From: an uncultured Chloroflexia bacterium
Lineage (GTDB): Bacteria > Chloroflexota > UBA6077 > JACCZL01
Assembly (NCBI GenBank): GCA_963765765.1
Contig: CAVXYC010000011.1
Span: 23,609 to 87,608, forward strand
Direction: 5' to 3'
DNA: 64,000 nt
The translations under genes were made by a program, and so were the position numbers. Within the stretch, counting starts at the first letter, position 1. Every line of letters starts with the position of its first letter. Positions 45,925 through 55,915 of the stretch are shown here, piece after piece. The notes under the pieces are model-generated. The model ran no database searches. It saw only the letters and a list, made by a program, of their open reading frames with translations, and was not told where the DNA came from.

Positions 45925-46775
45925 ATGACTGCAACCTCGGGATTCGAATCCAAGCCTTCAGGAAAGGCGAAAGCCGTGCGCGTCAATGTTGGCTGCGAGC
46001 TTAGGTTTAGTTCGCCCGCGCGGTGACTCGTAGCTCAGTCTTCCGCGCACTGATGATGCGCATGAGATCCTCCGCGAATAGCGTCGGCTGAACCGATCGA
46101 TCGATCGCACGAATATCAGGATGCCTTCGAATCGCTGCTGGCGCATCCTGGCGCCTGCCGGGGACTTCTCGTTTCGCTACGATGCGGAGGTGATCATCAC
46201 CGGCGAGCCGGATCCGCGTGGTACCCGAGGCCATGCAGATTCCAGCGGAGGACCTGCCGGACTCTCTCCTAGCCTGGACGCTCCCAAGCCGTTACATCCT
46301 CTCCGATGTGCTGGGCAGCACGGTCTGGGATCTCTTTGGCTCAACGCCCCCCGGATGGGGCCGCGTGCAGGCGATTTGCGATTGGGTCCATCAGCACATC
46401 CAGTTCCGAACCGCAAGCACCACCTCCGCTACCACAAGCCTGGATGTGTATCATCAGCGCTACGGCGTTTGCCGAGATTTCGCCCACCTGGGTATCACCA
46501 TGTGCCGCGCACTCAATATTCCGGCGCGCTACGTCTTTGGCTACCTTCCAGACATCGGCATTGAGCCGCCGGATGTACCGATGGACTTCCATTCCTGGTT
46601 CGAAGCCTATCTGAGTGGGCAGTGGTACACGTTTGATGCGCGACACAATGAACCGCGTATTGGACGTATTCCGATCGGCCGCGGACGCGATGCGCTGGAT
46701 GTCGCCATCGTGACTCAATATGGTGCGAGCGCGCTTGCCGGTATCAGCGTCTGGTCAGATGCAATCGACGCTTAA
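45925..46775 (+). CDS. Transglutaminase-like family protein (frame breaks)
   Basis: GVCRDFAHL, ARYVFGY, DFHSWFE, FDARHN and GRDALDV motifs. Confidence 0.87.
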
Positions 46776-46797
46776 CCAGGAAATACAGGGCTCAGTT

Positions 46798-47697
46798 GTT
46801 GAAAACCTTGAAACCCCCGTCACCCTACTGGACCATTCCACCGTGGATTGGGACCGAGTACGGCGCACCAGCTACCTGGTAGACCAGGTACTGCGCTACG
46901 AATACCCCGGGCCCGTGGAAAATCTGCATCAGCGTCTCGTCGTTTCCCACACGATCGGTACGGGCAACAGCGCCTTGTGAATCGTCACCTGCAAGTAAGC
47001 GGTCATCGACCGAGGCTTCGAGAAGAGCTCGATCAGTTCGGAAACCATGTTTGCCATCTGCTGTTGCCGCGGACTGAGCGGATCATCGAATTTGAGGTCC
47101 GTTTCTGGTGGAGCTCAACCGCGCTGCACGTCCACTTTCGCCGGCCAACATGAAGGACCCGGAGTACCTGGAGCCGACGCCTCTCACGATGCCTGACGGG
47201 CGCCTTCAAGGAAGTCGCGACACAGCTCGCCGGTTCGGGAGATCCCCTGGATCTCCCGAACCGGATCAATGATTGGGTCAGGCAAACTATTGAGTACACG
47301 AAGGGCGTGACTGGCGTGAAGACCACGGCAGCGGAGGCATTTGCGCTACGCGCGGGTGTCTGCCAGGACTATTCGCACATCATGATCAGCATCTGTCGGC
47401 TCCTCGATATCCCGGCCCGCTACATCTCCGGTCACCTCTTCGGCAAGGCGCGACGCACGCCTGGGTCGAAGTGCTCGCGCCTGATCCTGTTCATCCCGAC
47501 CGATTGAGCGTGCAAGCCTTGATCCCACCAACGGTCGTCGTTGCCGGGCCGACGCAATTACGGTTGCCGTGGGACGAGACTACTCGGACGTCTCGCCAAC
47601 ATCGGGAACCTTCGCGGCTCCCTACGGCGGCGTGCTCTCCAGCCGCAAAGCGGCCGGCATTATTGAGCTAGAGTACTTTGAGCCCGAAGCGGCCTAG
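46798..47697 (+). CDS. Transglutaminase-like family protein 2 (frame breaks)
   Basis: DQFGN, GVCQDYSH, ARYISG, HAWVE and GRDYSDVSP motifs. Confidence 0.82.
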
Positions 47698-47813
47698 TTC
47701 GCCGCGGAACAGCCGACTGGGGGCGCTCCTTCCTACTGCCGCTGGGCCAGGCGGCACGATGAGACCCGCGGCAACTACCATTCCCCGTATTAACCCGAAC
47801 CGGGAGTGCTGAA

Positions 47814-48376
47814 ATGCCGCGTATTCGTCCCATTACCCTTGACGAAGCCGAACCGCAAATTCGAGTAGCGATGGAGCGCAACCTCGAAGTATTTGGACGC
47901 GTGCTCCCGAGCACCGAAGTTTACGGGCACGCTCCCAGCGTGCAGGAAGGCGCCCGCGCCCTCGACGCGGGAATCACCGCGGCCGGACGCATTTCACCCG
48001 AGCTTCGATCGCTCATGAACGTACGCGTAGCTGCCACGGTCGGCTGCCCATTTTGAATGGATAGCAATGCTGCCGGGAGCAGCAGGAATGGTGCGTCCGA
48101 CGAGAAGATCGCCGCCGTCTACGAATACGACAAGAGCGACCTCTTTCGCCGGCCGAGCGCGTCGCGCTGGAGCTGGCCGACGCCATGACCGACACGCCGC
48201 CCAACGTGACCGATGAGCTCTTCGCGCGCCTCCAGCAGCACTACAACGAAGCCGAGCTTGTGGAGCTCGCGGCGATCGTCGCGCAGGAGAACTTCCGCTC
48301 TCGATTCAACACGACATTCCGGGTTGAAAGCGCGGGAATGTATTGTCCCGTTCCTCCAGCGTCCGTCGACGCCTGA
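47814..48376 (+). CDS. AhpD/CMD-like peroxidase-related protein with CxxU, selenoprotein candidate (plus 1-nt break near 48145)
   Basis: RVAATVGCPF-TGA-MDSNAAG..SDEKIAAV; C-terminal half ERVALELADAMT..ENFRSRFN; hairpin just after the TGA. Confidence 0.8.
48068..48084 (+). promoter_or_regulatory. Putative bacterial SECIS element
   Basis: TGCTGC-CGGGA-GCAGCA hairpin starting 12 nt after the TGA, with a G-containing loop. Confidence 0.6.
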
Positions 48377-48441
48377 GCCTGACGCCTGATCCTATGGACT
48401 GCGCGCGGGGGCGCACTCCATATCTGGCTACTGCCGCTAAG

Positions 48442-48800
48442 CTAGAACCGAAAACCCAACAGGTTCCAGTGCCCAAGCCAGGCGATATAGGCCAGTCCGG
48501 TCAATGCCATGATGGCACCGTGGGTTCGAGCCGCCCCACTTCGCTGACGCGCTCGCCAGGCGAGCAGGCAGACGATGCACAACACGGCGGTCATCACCAT
48601 ACTGGCCATGGGCCGCAACAATAGCGCCTTGACCACCGGTGGAATGTCATACGGCAGTCGTAAAAGCCGAAATACCAAACTGCGAACCCGACCAGAAAGA
48701 AGATATTCAGAGCGCTCTGGAGCACGGCCAGACGACTCGTGAGTATCGGCCCTGACGTGCGCAACAGGCCGGCTGAGGCGAACCGATTCTTACGGTTCGT
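48442..48800 (-). pseudogene. C-terminal TM fragment of a membrane-anchored serine-hydrolase-type protein
   Basis: About 3 TM helices ending WLGHWNLLGFRF; no start or catalytic domain upstream. Confidence 0.45.
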
Positions 48801-48860
48801 GACGGGACAGACATCCGCGGGCTTTAGTGTATTGGAAAGGAAGCTCCCTCGTTCGTGGGT

Positions 48861-49253
48861 TCAGGCGTGCCAGTCGGGATGATCGTCCCATTGACTGATC
48901 ACGCCGTTGGCGGCTTCCAGAGCATGGTTCGTCTTGGGAAAGCCGATGTACGGCGCGCACTGAACGATCGTCTCGATGATCTCTTCACGGGTTGCACCAC
49001 GGTTGAGCGCGCCGCGCGTGTGGATGGCCACCTCGCCGGGCAGGTCCTGCGCCGCGGTGGCAGCAATCACGATCAGCTCGCGTAGCTTCAGGTCCAGGCC
49101 AGGGCGAGCCCAGATGGTGCCGAAACAGTATTCCAGGATACTTTCAGCATGCCCGGGATCTATCTCATTGAGAGCGCGCCAGCGCTCTTCGCCGTTCTCA
49201 CCAAAGGCACTCCGTCGGATCTCCTGGCCACGTTGCCGTCGATCGTCACTCAT
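48861..49253 (-). CDS. Carboxymuconolactone decarboxylase family protein
   Basis: FGTIWARPGLDLKLRELI, HTRGALNRG and YIGFP motifs. Confidence 0.88.
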   Translation of the reverse strand: MSDDRRQRGQEIRRSAFGENGEERWRALNEIDPGHAESILEYCFGTIWARPGLDLKLRELIVIAATAAQDLPGEVAIHTRGALNRGATREEIIETIVQCAPYIGFPKTNHALEAANGVISQWDDHPDWHA

Positions 49254-49278
49254 CGCGAGCCTCCTCTCAACTTGGGCG

Positions 49279-50137
49279 TTATCGGAACAGCGGATGCCCG
49301 ATGCCTGGCGTCTTCACACGCAGGCTGTAGATGGACGTCCGAGCAGTGAAGTAGATCGTTCTGAGATCTGGCTCGCCAAAGACCAGATTCGCGGGGACCT
49401 CCGGCGGTGCGGATAATACCGAGCTTCTCGCCAGCGGGATTGAATACCCACGTGCCACCCGCGCCGGTGCAAAGGATATTGCCAGCAACATCCACTTTCA
49501 TACCGTCCGGCACGCCGTCCGTCTCGTCCGACGACATATCGGCAAAGATCCGCCGCCGTACTACCGTCCGATCATCGGCGAGCTCGAAGACGTGGATGTA
49601 TTGACTGAATCGCGTGTTGGAGACGTACAGCAGCTTCTCGTCCGGAGAAAACGCTAGTCCGTTGGGGTACTCGCAGTTGGCCACCAACGATACATCGCCA
49701 TCCGGAGGGATCCCATACACGCCGGAATAGAGCAACTCCTTTTGATCCAGCGGTACGCGTAAACCCGGATCAGTGAAATAGAGGCTGCCATCCGAGGCGC
49801 AGATAACGTCATTCGGGCGACTGAGTCGCCCGCCTTCAAATCGGTCGACCAGTGTCTCAGCGTCGGAGCCGGGAGTCCAGCGAGCAATTCGTCGACTGCC
49901 ACCCTCGCAGACGATGATCCGACCCTGGAGATCCAGCGTCGTGCCGTTGCCGTCCCCGTGTTCTTCGATCAGCTCCGGCGAGCCGCCTGGAACGAGCTTG
50001 TAGTACTTCCCCACCCAAATGTCTGAGAAAGTCAGATATCCGTCCCTATGCCAGATAGGCCCCTCGACGAACTCAAAGCCCGTCGCGACCCGCTCAGGCT
50101 CGGTCGTTTCCAGAATCGCGCTGAGGTCTTCGTTCAT
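49279..50137 (-). CDS. SMP-30/gluconolactonase family protein (frame break near 49400)
   Basis: GFEFVEGPIW, RPND, YFTDP, PNGLAFSPDE and PDGMKVD motifs. Confidence 0.9.
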
Positions 50138-50171
50138 GCTGGCCTACCTTTCAGCTGTGCATCTCACGTCC

Positions 50172-50265
50172 TGGGACCGCGGGCGTCTCGCCCGTTGGAT
50201 CAGACCGCGCCAACTACAGGGATTTGGGAGATCTAGCCGGGACGGGCGAAACGCTCGCGGTCCCA
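50172..50265. repeat. REP-like palindromic dyad
   Basis: TGGGACCGCGGGCGTCTCGCCCGT...ACGGGCGAAACGCTCGCGGTCCCA. Confidence 0.75.
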
Positions 50266-50274
50266 AGGGCTGTC

Positions 50275-51358
50275 CTATCCATTGGGCGTGATCACCGCCA
50301 CCATGGCTTCCAGCGTCTCACTGGCACGGAATGCCTCGTTCGCCTGGTCCAGCCCGTATTTGTGGGACACCATGCGCTCGACCGGGTACGGCGTCATGGT
50401 CTGCATGGCTTCGAGGCAACGGATGAATGACTCCGGGTCGGCTCCTGACACGCCGGTTACCCGCAGCCCCTTCTGCACGTATGAGCTGGATTGATGGGCA
50501 CCGCGCCAAAGTCCGTGGCTGAGCCAACCAACAGATAACGGCCACCGGAGCGGACCATCTCCAGCCCCTCCTGAACGACGGACTTGGTCCCGGCGCACTT
50601 GATGACGACGTCCGCACCGCGGCCGTTGGTGATATCCCGAATGCGCTGCACACGCGCTTCCGGCGTGGGAAAATCCTGCAGATTCAGCGTTTCCGTGGCG
50701 CCCAGTTCAAGCGCCATCTCGAGCCGATGTGACGGCGCGCCAATCATGATGACTCGGCGGCGCCCGCGATCTTCGCCTGCACCAGGCCTGCCATGCCCAT
50801 GGTGGAGCCTTGAACGACGACGGTGTCTGCCAGGCCAATGCCGCCCATGCGCTGGATGCCTCGCCAGAGCGTCGGGTTGCCGGTCACGCTGATAAGCGCC
50901 CGCTCCGACGTCACGTCGTCCGGAATTTTCAGGATCCACCGACGTGTCGGCTCAAGGTAGACGTACTGGCTGAAGCCTCCGGTAATGTGCGGCGGCTCGG
51001 TGAATGGCCGCATGCCGTACATCATGCGCTCTTCACAGTTCTCAGCCATGGCGCAGCTTCGGCACTTACCGCACGGGGCCGAGCGGAAGAGAACGCGATC
51101 TCCCTCCCGTAGCGGTTGACCGAGTACGTCCTTATCCAGTCCCTGTCCCGCCATCGCGAGCGTAGCCACGTTCTCGTGGCCGAAGATCATAGGGTGCGGG
51201 GTGGTATCGATGTGCAGGTTGTGTACGTCCGTCCCGCAGACCGCGGCCATGGACATCTTCACGATGGCACCGCCCGGCGGCGGATCGGGAACCGGGAACT
51301 CCTGCACTTCCAGCGGCTTACCAGCCCCCACAAAGACCGCGGCCTTCGATGTCGTCAC
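50275..51358 (-). CDS. Zinc-binding alcohol dehydrogenase (MDR; frame breaks)
   Basis: CGTDVH, GHE, CGKCRSC..C and GRGADVV motifs. Confidence 0.88.
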
Positions 51359-51561
51359 GATCCCACCTCCCGAACTGCGCGTCCCTGCATTGTTGCCGGC
51401 CCATCGCCCGCCGTCAACGGGGGCATGAAAGGCAACGGAGCCGCATCCGAATCGTTGAGGGCGGCACTCTCGGGTGCTATCCTCGCGGATGGTTCCCTGC
51501 ACTTCGCGTATTCATCCCAGCGAACGCGACGCACGAAGCGCCGCGGGGAGGTACCGTCAGT

Positions 51562-52821
51562 ATGGACTCCACGTTCGTCTCTCCGATGTCACGCCGCCAG
51601 GCGCTTCGAGCTTTCGGACTCTCAGGGATTACCGCCGTGCTCGCGGCCTGTACCCAGGCCGCCGCCCCATCGCCCACGGCGCCTGCCGCACCAGCCAAGC
51701 CCACCGCGGCTCCGCCGGCCCCCAACACCGCCCCAGCGGCTCCTGCTCCCACGACCGCGCCGGCCGCTGTGGCACCCGCAGCCACTGTCCCCGGCGCGGT
51801 CAGTGATGCCGAGTGGGCCTCCGTCGTAGAAGCGGCCCGCAAGGAGGGCGTCATCAGTCTGGCCACTTACGCGGGTACGCCGCATCGCAACATAAGCATG
51901 GCCTTCGAGGCCGCGTACCCGGGCATCAAGGTCGAGCACTCGCAATTCCAATCGTCCTCGCGCGACTACGTGCCGCGTCTGCTCCAGGAGCAGAAGGCCG
52001 GCCTGTTCAATTGGGACGTAGCTCACATGCCCGTCCAGGAGATGACCCGACAGGTACGGCCCGTTGGTGGCACGGAGCCAATACGGCCACACATCGTGCA
52101 GGCGCAAGCGTTGGACGACAAGGGCTGGATCGACTCGTATGAGAAGGGCTACCCGGATGACGAAAGGAAATGGGGCTACGCCCTCACCCGGCAGCGCTAC
52201 AAAAGCGTCTGGATCAACACCGATCTCGTGAAAGAAGGCGAGATCACGAAATTTGACGATCTGCTGGATCCCAAGTGGAAGGGGAAGGTCCTGATCGGGG
52301 ACGCGCGCACCAAGGGATCGGCATTCCTGTCATTCACCGCCGTGCGGGCCAAGCGTGGCGACGCGGATATGACCACGATCATCAAAGACCTCGAGGCGGC
52401 GGTTCTGGTGGACTCACGCCAACTCGTGGAGCAGATGGTGCGCGGCCGCTACGCCTGGGGCATCGGCGCCATCGACTTTCCCGTCCTCAAGGACTTCCTG
52501 GCTCAGGGACTGGGAGGCAACCTGAAAAATATTCCCATGGTCGAGACCGACAGCGTCAACGCCGGCAATCGCACCATGTGGTATCTGAAGAACGCCCCGC
52601 ATCCCAACGCTGCCAAGGTCTACATGAACTGGTCGCTCAGCCGCGAGGCCGGCCTGATCACGTCACAGCAGGTGGAGGAGAACAACCGGCGCGCGGATGT
52701 GCCGGTCTTTGACGAATCCACCGCGCTCCAGAAGGGCGTGGACTACGTATTCGTGGACTCCGAAGCGATGCTTGACGAAATCGAGAAAACGCAGAACCTG
52801 GCGAAATCGCTCATCAATTAG
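51562..52821 (+). CDS. Tat-exported ABC substrate-binding lipoprotein (Fe3+/thiamine/polyamine-like cluster)
   Basis: SRRQAL twin-arginine, LAAC, AP linker, AARKEG, DLLDPKWKGK and APHPNAAK. Confidence 0.85.
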   Translation: MDSTFVSPMSRRQALRAFGLSGITAVLAACTQAAAPSPTAPAAPAKPTAAPPAPNTAPAAPAPTTAPAAVAPAATVPGAVSDAEWASVVEAARKEGVISLATYAGTPHRNISMAFEAAYPGIKVEHSQFQSSSRDYVPRLLQEQKAGLFNWDVAHMPVQEMTRQVRPVGGTEPIRPHIVQAQALDDKGWIDSYEKGYPDDERKWGYALTRQRYKSVWINTDLVKEGEITKFDDLLDPKWKGKVLIGDARTKGSAFLSFTAVRAKRGDADMTTIIKDLEAAVLVDSRQLVEQMVRGRYAWGIGAIDFPVLKDFLAQGLGGNLKNIPMVETDSVNAGNRTMWYLKNAPHPNAAKVYMNWSLSREAGLITSQQVEENNRRADVPVFDESTALQKGVDYVFVDSEAMLDEIEKTQNLAKSLIN

Positions 52822-52869
52822 CGCTCCCGAAGACAATCCCTCGGTCGGGCTGGTGTCGGTACCCCTTTC

Positions 52870-52977
52870 AACCAGCCTCAGAGCGGCGCACGTGAGTAAG
52901 CGATACCTCTCAGGAATTCCGTGACGTTGCCGGGAATACGCGAGAGGAACCGCTTACTCAGGTGCGGCTGAGGTTGT
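52870..52977. repeat. REP-like dyad (related copy at 55809-55910)
   Basis: AACCAGCCTCAGAGCGGCGCACGTGAGTAAGCG...CCGCTTACTCAGGTGCGGCTGAGGTT. Confidence 0.78.
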
Positions 52978-52985
52978 CGGGAATC

Positions 52986-54725
52986 TCAGGGCGTAGCCTT
53001 GATTCCTGTTAAATGAGTCCATGTCCCGGAGATGTTGCCGGGGAATACGTAGTCGCCAACGACGCGCGGATTGACCACCGCTTCGGTCGGCAGCCAGAAA
53101 AGCGGGATGTCCTGGTGCAATGGGAAGGCTAAGTCTCCAAGCTGACGCCACAGCTCTGCCTGCTTGGCCTCGTCCAGCTCCACGCGCACGCGGTTGAACA
53201 GCTCATCGACCTCGTAGTTTTCAACCATTGAGCCACGTGTACCGTGCACCCCCGTGTTGTAGGCACGGAACCCGAGCAGTTGGTGAGAGCTGGTACTGCG
53301 GACCTGTACTTCGTTGGTGTATTCCAGTCGCAGGCTGCGGTCGCGGATCTGTGTTGCATCCACGGTAAGCTGATCCGGCGTTACTCCGATCGCCCGCCAG
53401 TAGCCCGCGATAGCTTCGGCGATATCCTCCGATTCTGGCAGGTCCGCCAACCTCTGCATAAACATCGACGTGCTCAATGGGCGGCTTGAAGAGTATCCAG
53501 CCTCTGCCAGAAGAGCGCGCGCCTTCGCCGGGTCGTAACCGTACTCATCTTTGAACTTCGTTTCCCACTCCGGGTTCCAACCGAGGCGGGTTGGGTTGTA
53601 GTGATTCAGCGCCATGACGTCGGCCTTGCCGCCAAAGAAGGCCTGATTCATCTCATCCCGATTAATCGCCTTGTTGAGCGCCCGGCGCACGCGAACGTCC
53701 ATCAAGGGGCTCTCCGGATACATGTAGCCTTTGGATGCGTCAACGGGATCGCTCTTATAGCAACAATGGAATGACGCAAACGTCCGCACACTCTGCGTTT
53801 GGCCGCGCAGCGCCTTCATTCCCTGTTTGCTCGCCTCGACGAGCAGATCCTGAGGCAGCGTGGTGGCGTGCACCTCACCCGCCTGCAGCGAAGCTAGCCG
53901 AGTGGACGCCTCCCGCTGCCAGCGGAGCTCGAGCTCCGGGAAGTCCGGCGTCGTTCGCCAGTGCTGATAGGGTACGCGCTCAAACCGAATGTGTGAGCCC
54001 TGGGTGCGGTCTTTGAACTGGTACGCGCCCGTTCCCGCGGTCGGCTTCCCGGAGAGGCTTGGGCGGCCCTCAGCTTCGAAGTGCGCCTTGCTCTTGATCT
54101 CAACGCCGCTCACGAGCTCGCCCGACACATTCAGGAAATCCGCGTCGGGGCGTTTGAGCCGCACCACAATCTCATGATCGTTGACGATATCGATTCCGTC
54201 GATCAGCCCCCGGAAGTACCCCGAGTTTCCGTGCTGGGAGTCCTCCTGCATGATGTTCCAGAACGAGAACTCGACGTCTCTGGCCGTCATCTGGCCCCAG
54301 CTACCGTGGAACTGGACTCCCGGGCGCAGCTTGAATCGGTACGATTTCCCGTCCGGTTCTACGCTCCATGAGAGAGCAAGCTGCGGAACGAACTTACCAT
54401 TGGCCGGGTCAACCCCGATCAAGTACTCGTACATCGGGCGGATCTGGAAACTTGGCGGCGAGCTGTAGTCACGACCGGGGTCGTTGCCCTCGGTGCTCGG
54501 GGCAGGCATGCTGAACACTAGTCGCTCAACTCTGGCCTTGGCGGCCGGGGCCGCGGTTGGCGGGGCCGGTGCGGCGGTAGGAGCGGACGCAGCCGCCGTC
54601 GGCTTTGGAGCCTGGACGGCGGTGGGAGCAGGGGGAGTGGATGCCTGGCCGCAAGCGATGGATATGGCCAGCGGCAGGCTGACCAGGAGAACCAGTATGG
54701 GTGACGGTTTGGAATAGTGTTGCAC
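52986..54725 (-). CDS. ABC family 5 (peptide/nickel) substrate-binding lipoprotein
   Basis: SIAC lipobox; LALSWSV, FKLRPGVQFH, GTGAY, DVRVRRALNKAINR and YDPAKARALLAEAG. Confidence 0.9.
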   Translation of the reverse strand: MQHYSKPSPILVLLVSLPLAISIACGQASTPPAPTAVQAPKPTAAASAPTAAPAPPTAAPAAKARVERLVFSMPAPSTEGNDPGRDYSSPPSFQIRPMYEYLIGVDPANGKFVPQLALSWSVEPDGKSYRFKLRPGVQFHGSWGQMTARDVEFSFWNIMQEDSQHGNSGYFRGLIDGIDIVNDHEIVVRLKRPDADFLNVSGELVSGVEIKSKAHFEAEGRPSLSGKPTAGTGAYQFKDRTQGSHIRFERVPYQHWRTTPDFPELELRWQREASTRLASLQAGEVHATTLPQDLLVEASKQGMKALRGQTQSVRTFASFHCCYKSDPVDASKGYMYPESPLMDVRVRRALNKAINRDEMNQAFFGGKADVMALNHYNPTRLGWNPEWETKFKDEYGYDPAKARALLAEAGYSSSRPLSTSMFMQRLADLPESEDIAEAIAGYWRAIGVTPDQLTVDATQIRDRSLRLEYTNEVQVRSTSSHQLLGFRAYNTGVHGTRGSMVENYEVDELFNRVRVELDEAKQAELWRQLGDLAFPLHQDIPLFWLPTEAVVNPRVVGDYVFPGNISGTWTHLTGIKATP

Positions 54726-54853
54726 GCGCCCTCTCCTCTGTACCTGCGTCTCGGTTTGTCCCCTAACGAGCTTGCTCCTGGATTCCGCTCCTGGTTTGAA
54801 GTAGCGGCCGGAGCGTGTTGGGGCTCCAGCCGCGTGTTCGAATCTCTTGCGGG

Positions 54854-55172
54854 TTACACCATGACCGCTTCTTCAAAGGTGCCCGAGCCAACCTGCTCAG
54901 GTTTAAAGACGTCGAGGTCCAGTGTCCAACGATGCGTTCGCTCGTACATCTCCCGAGTGTACGGCTCGAATACCACTCGCTCGCCGTGGCCAAATGCCCG
55001 AACGTCGACCATGCTGTGATACTTCTCCGGCATCTCCCGGAGGAAGTAATGCTTGAACCGCTCCGGCTCGAGGTCGATGTCCGCCTGAGCACGTTGCAAT
55101 GCTCGGAAGTACCTGTCGAGATCCTCAACCGTCGCGTCACCAGTAGACAGAAATCCGATCATGAACGTGGTA
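54854..55172 (-). pseudogene. C-terminal fragment of a probable substrate-binding protein
   Basis: Protein-like TTFMIGF..YFRALQRAQADIDLEPERFKHY..GERVVFEPYT; no signal peptide and abuts the MarR start. Confidence 0.5.
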
Positions 55173-55743
55173 ACGATATCGGAGGATGGTCTGCTCTCCG
55201 ATCAGTCTGTGCAAGACGTGGCGTCCATGTACCAGCAATTGGCGCCGTGGGCGGACGGTCTGACCATCGAGGCCAATGCGATGGTAGTACGTGCCTATAC
55301 GGCCATGATCGCCCGAAACGCTCCCTGCTGGGCTGAATTCGGCCTTTCGGACGGCCGATTTACGCTATTGCGCTGGCTCTACCAGGCCGAAAACCACCGT
55401 CTCTCGATGATTGAGCTTGCCCGCCGGATGAACGTAAGCCCCGCCAACGTGACCAAGCTGGCCAAAGGGCTTGAGCGCGATGGCCTGATCAAGCGCGTGA
55501 ACCACCCACAGGATCGCCGACTTGTTATCGCAGCGCTAACCCCCGGAAGGGCGATCGCGATTTGAAGCTGTGCTTCCTTCCATGCGGAGACGCATCGAAG
55601 CCGCGTGGGCTGGTATTTCCAATCAAGAGAAGCGCGTGCTTATCCACATCCTGTCCAAGCTTCAGATGACGATGCAGGCTGACGTGGACGTCGCCGCGTT
55701 GGTCCAGCGGGAACCCCAGAACGCCTCCGATTCGGAACGCTGA
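55161..55743 (+). CDS. MarR-family regulator (frame break near 55545)
   Basis: FGLSDGRFTLL, ELARRMNVSPANVT..LERDGLIKR..DRR and LT(P)EGR. Confidence 0.85.
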
Positions 55744-55808
55744 CTTCGGCCCGTCCATTGACCGCGGAGCATAGTTCCACGAGCGGTCCGAAATGGGACT
55801 CGCAACAG

Positions 55809-55910
55809 CGCCGCGACCGTGAGCGCGCGGTTTCCTTGAGCGCTCCGGTCTACGTCGTGGAGAGTCAGGAGGAACCCGCTTACTCACGTGCGCGGCACTG
55901 AGGCTGGTTG
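55809..55910. repeat. REP-like dyad
   Basis: GCCGCGACCGTGAGCGCGCGG...CCGCTTACTCACGTGCGCGGCACTGAGGCTGGTT; the right arm is nearly the reverse complement of 52870-52902. Confidence 0.78.
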
Positions 55911-55915
55911 GGGCG

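Noticed and set aside
45935-45960. GGATTCGAATCC palindrome, tRNA-like
   Set aside because: Lies within the start of the transglutaminase CDS; no cloverleaf.
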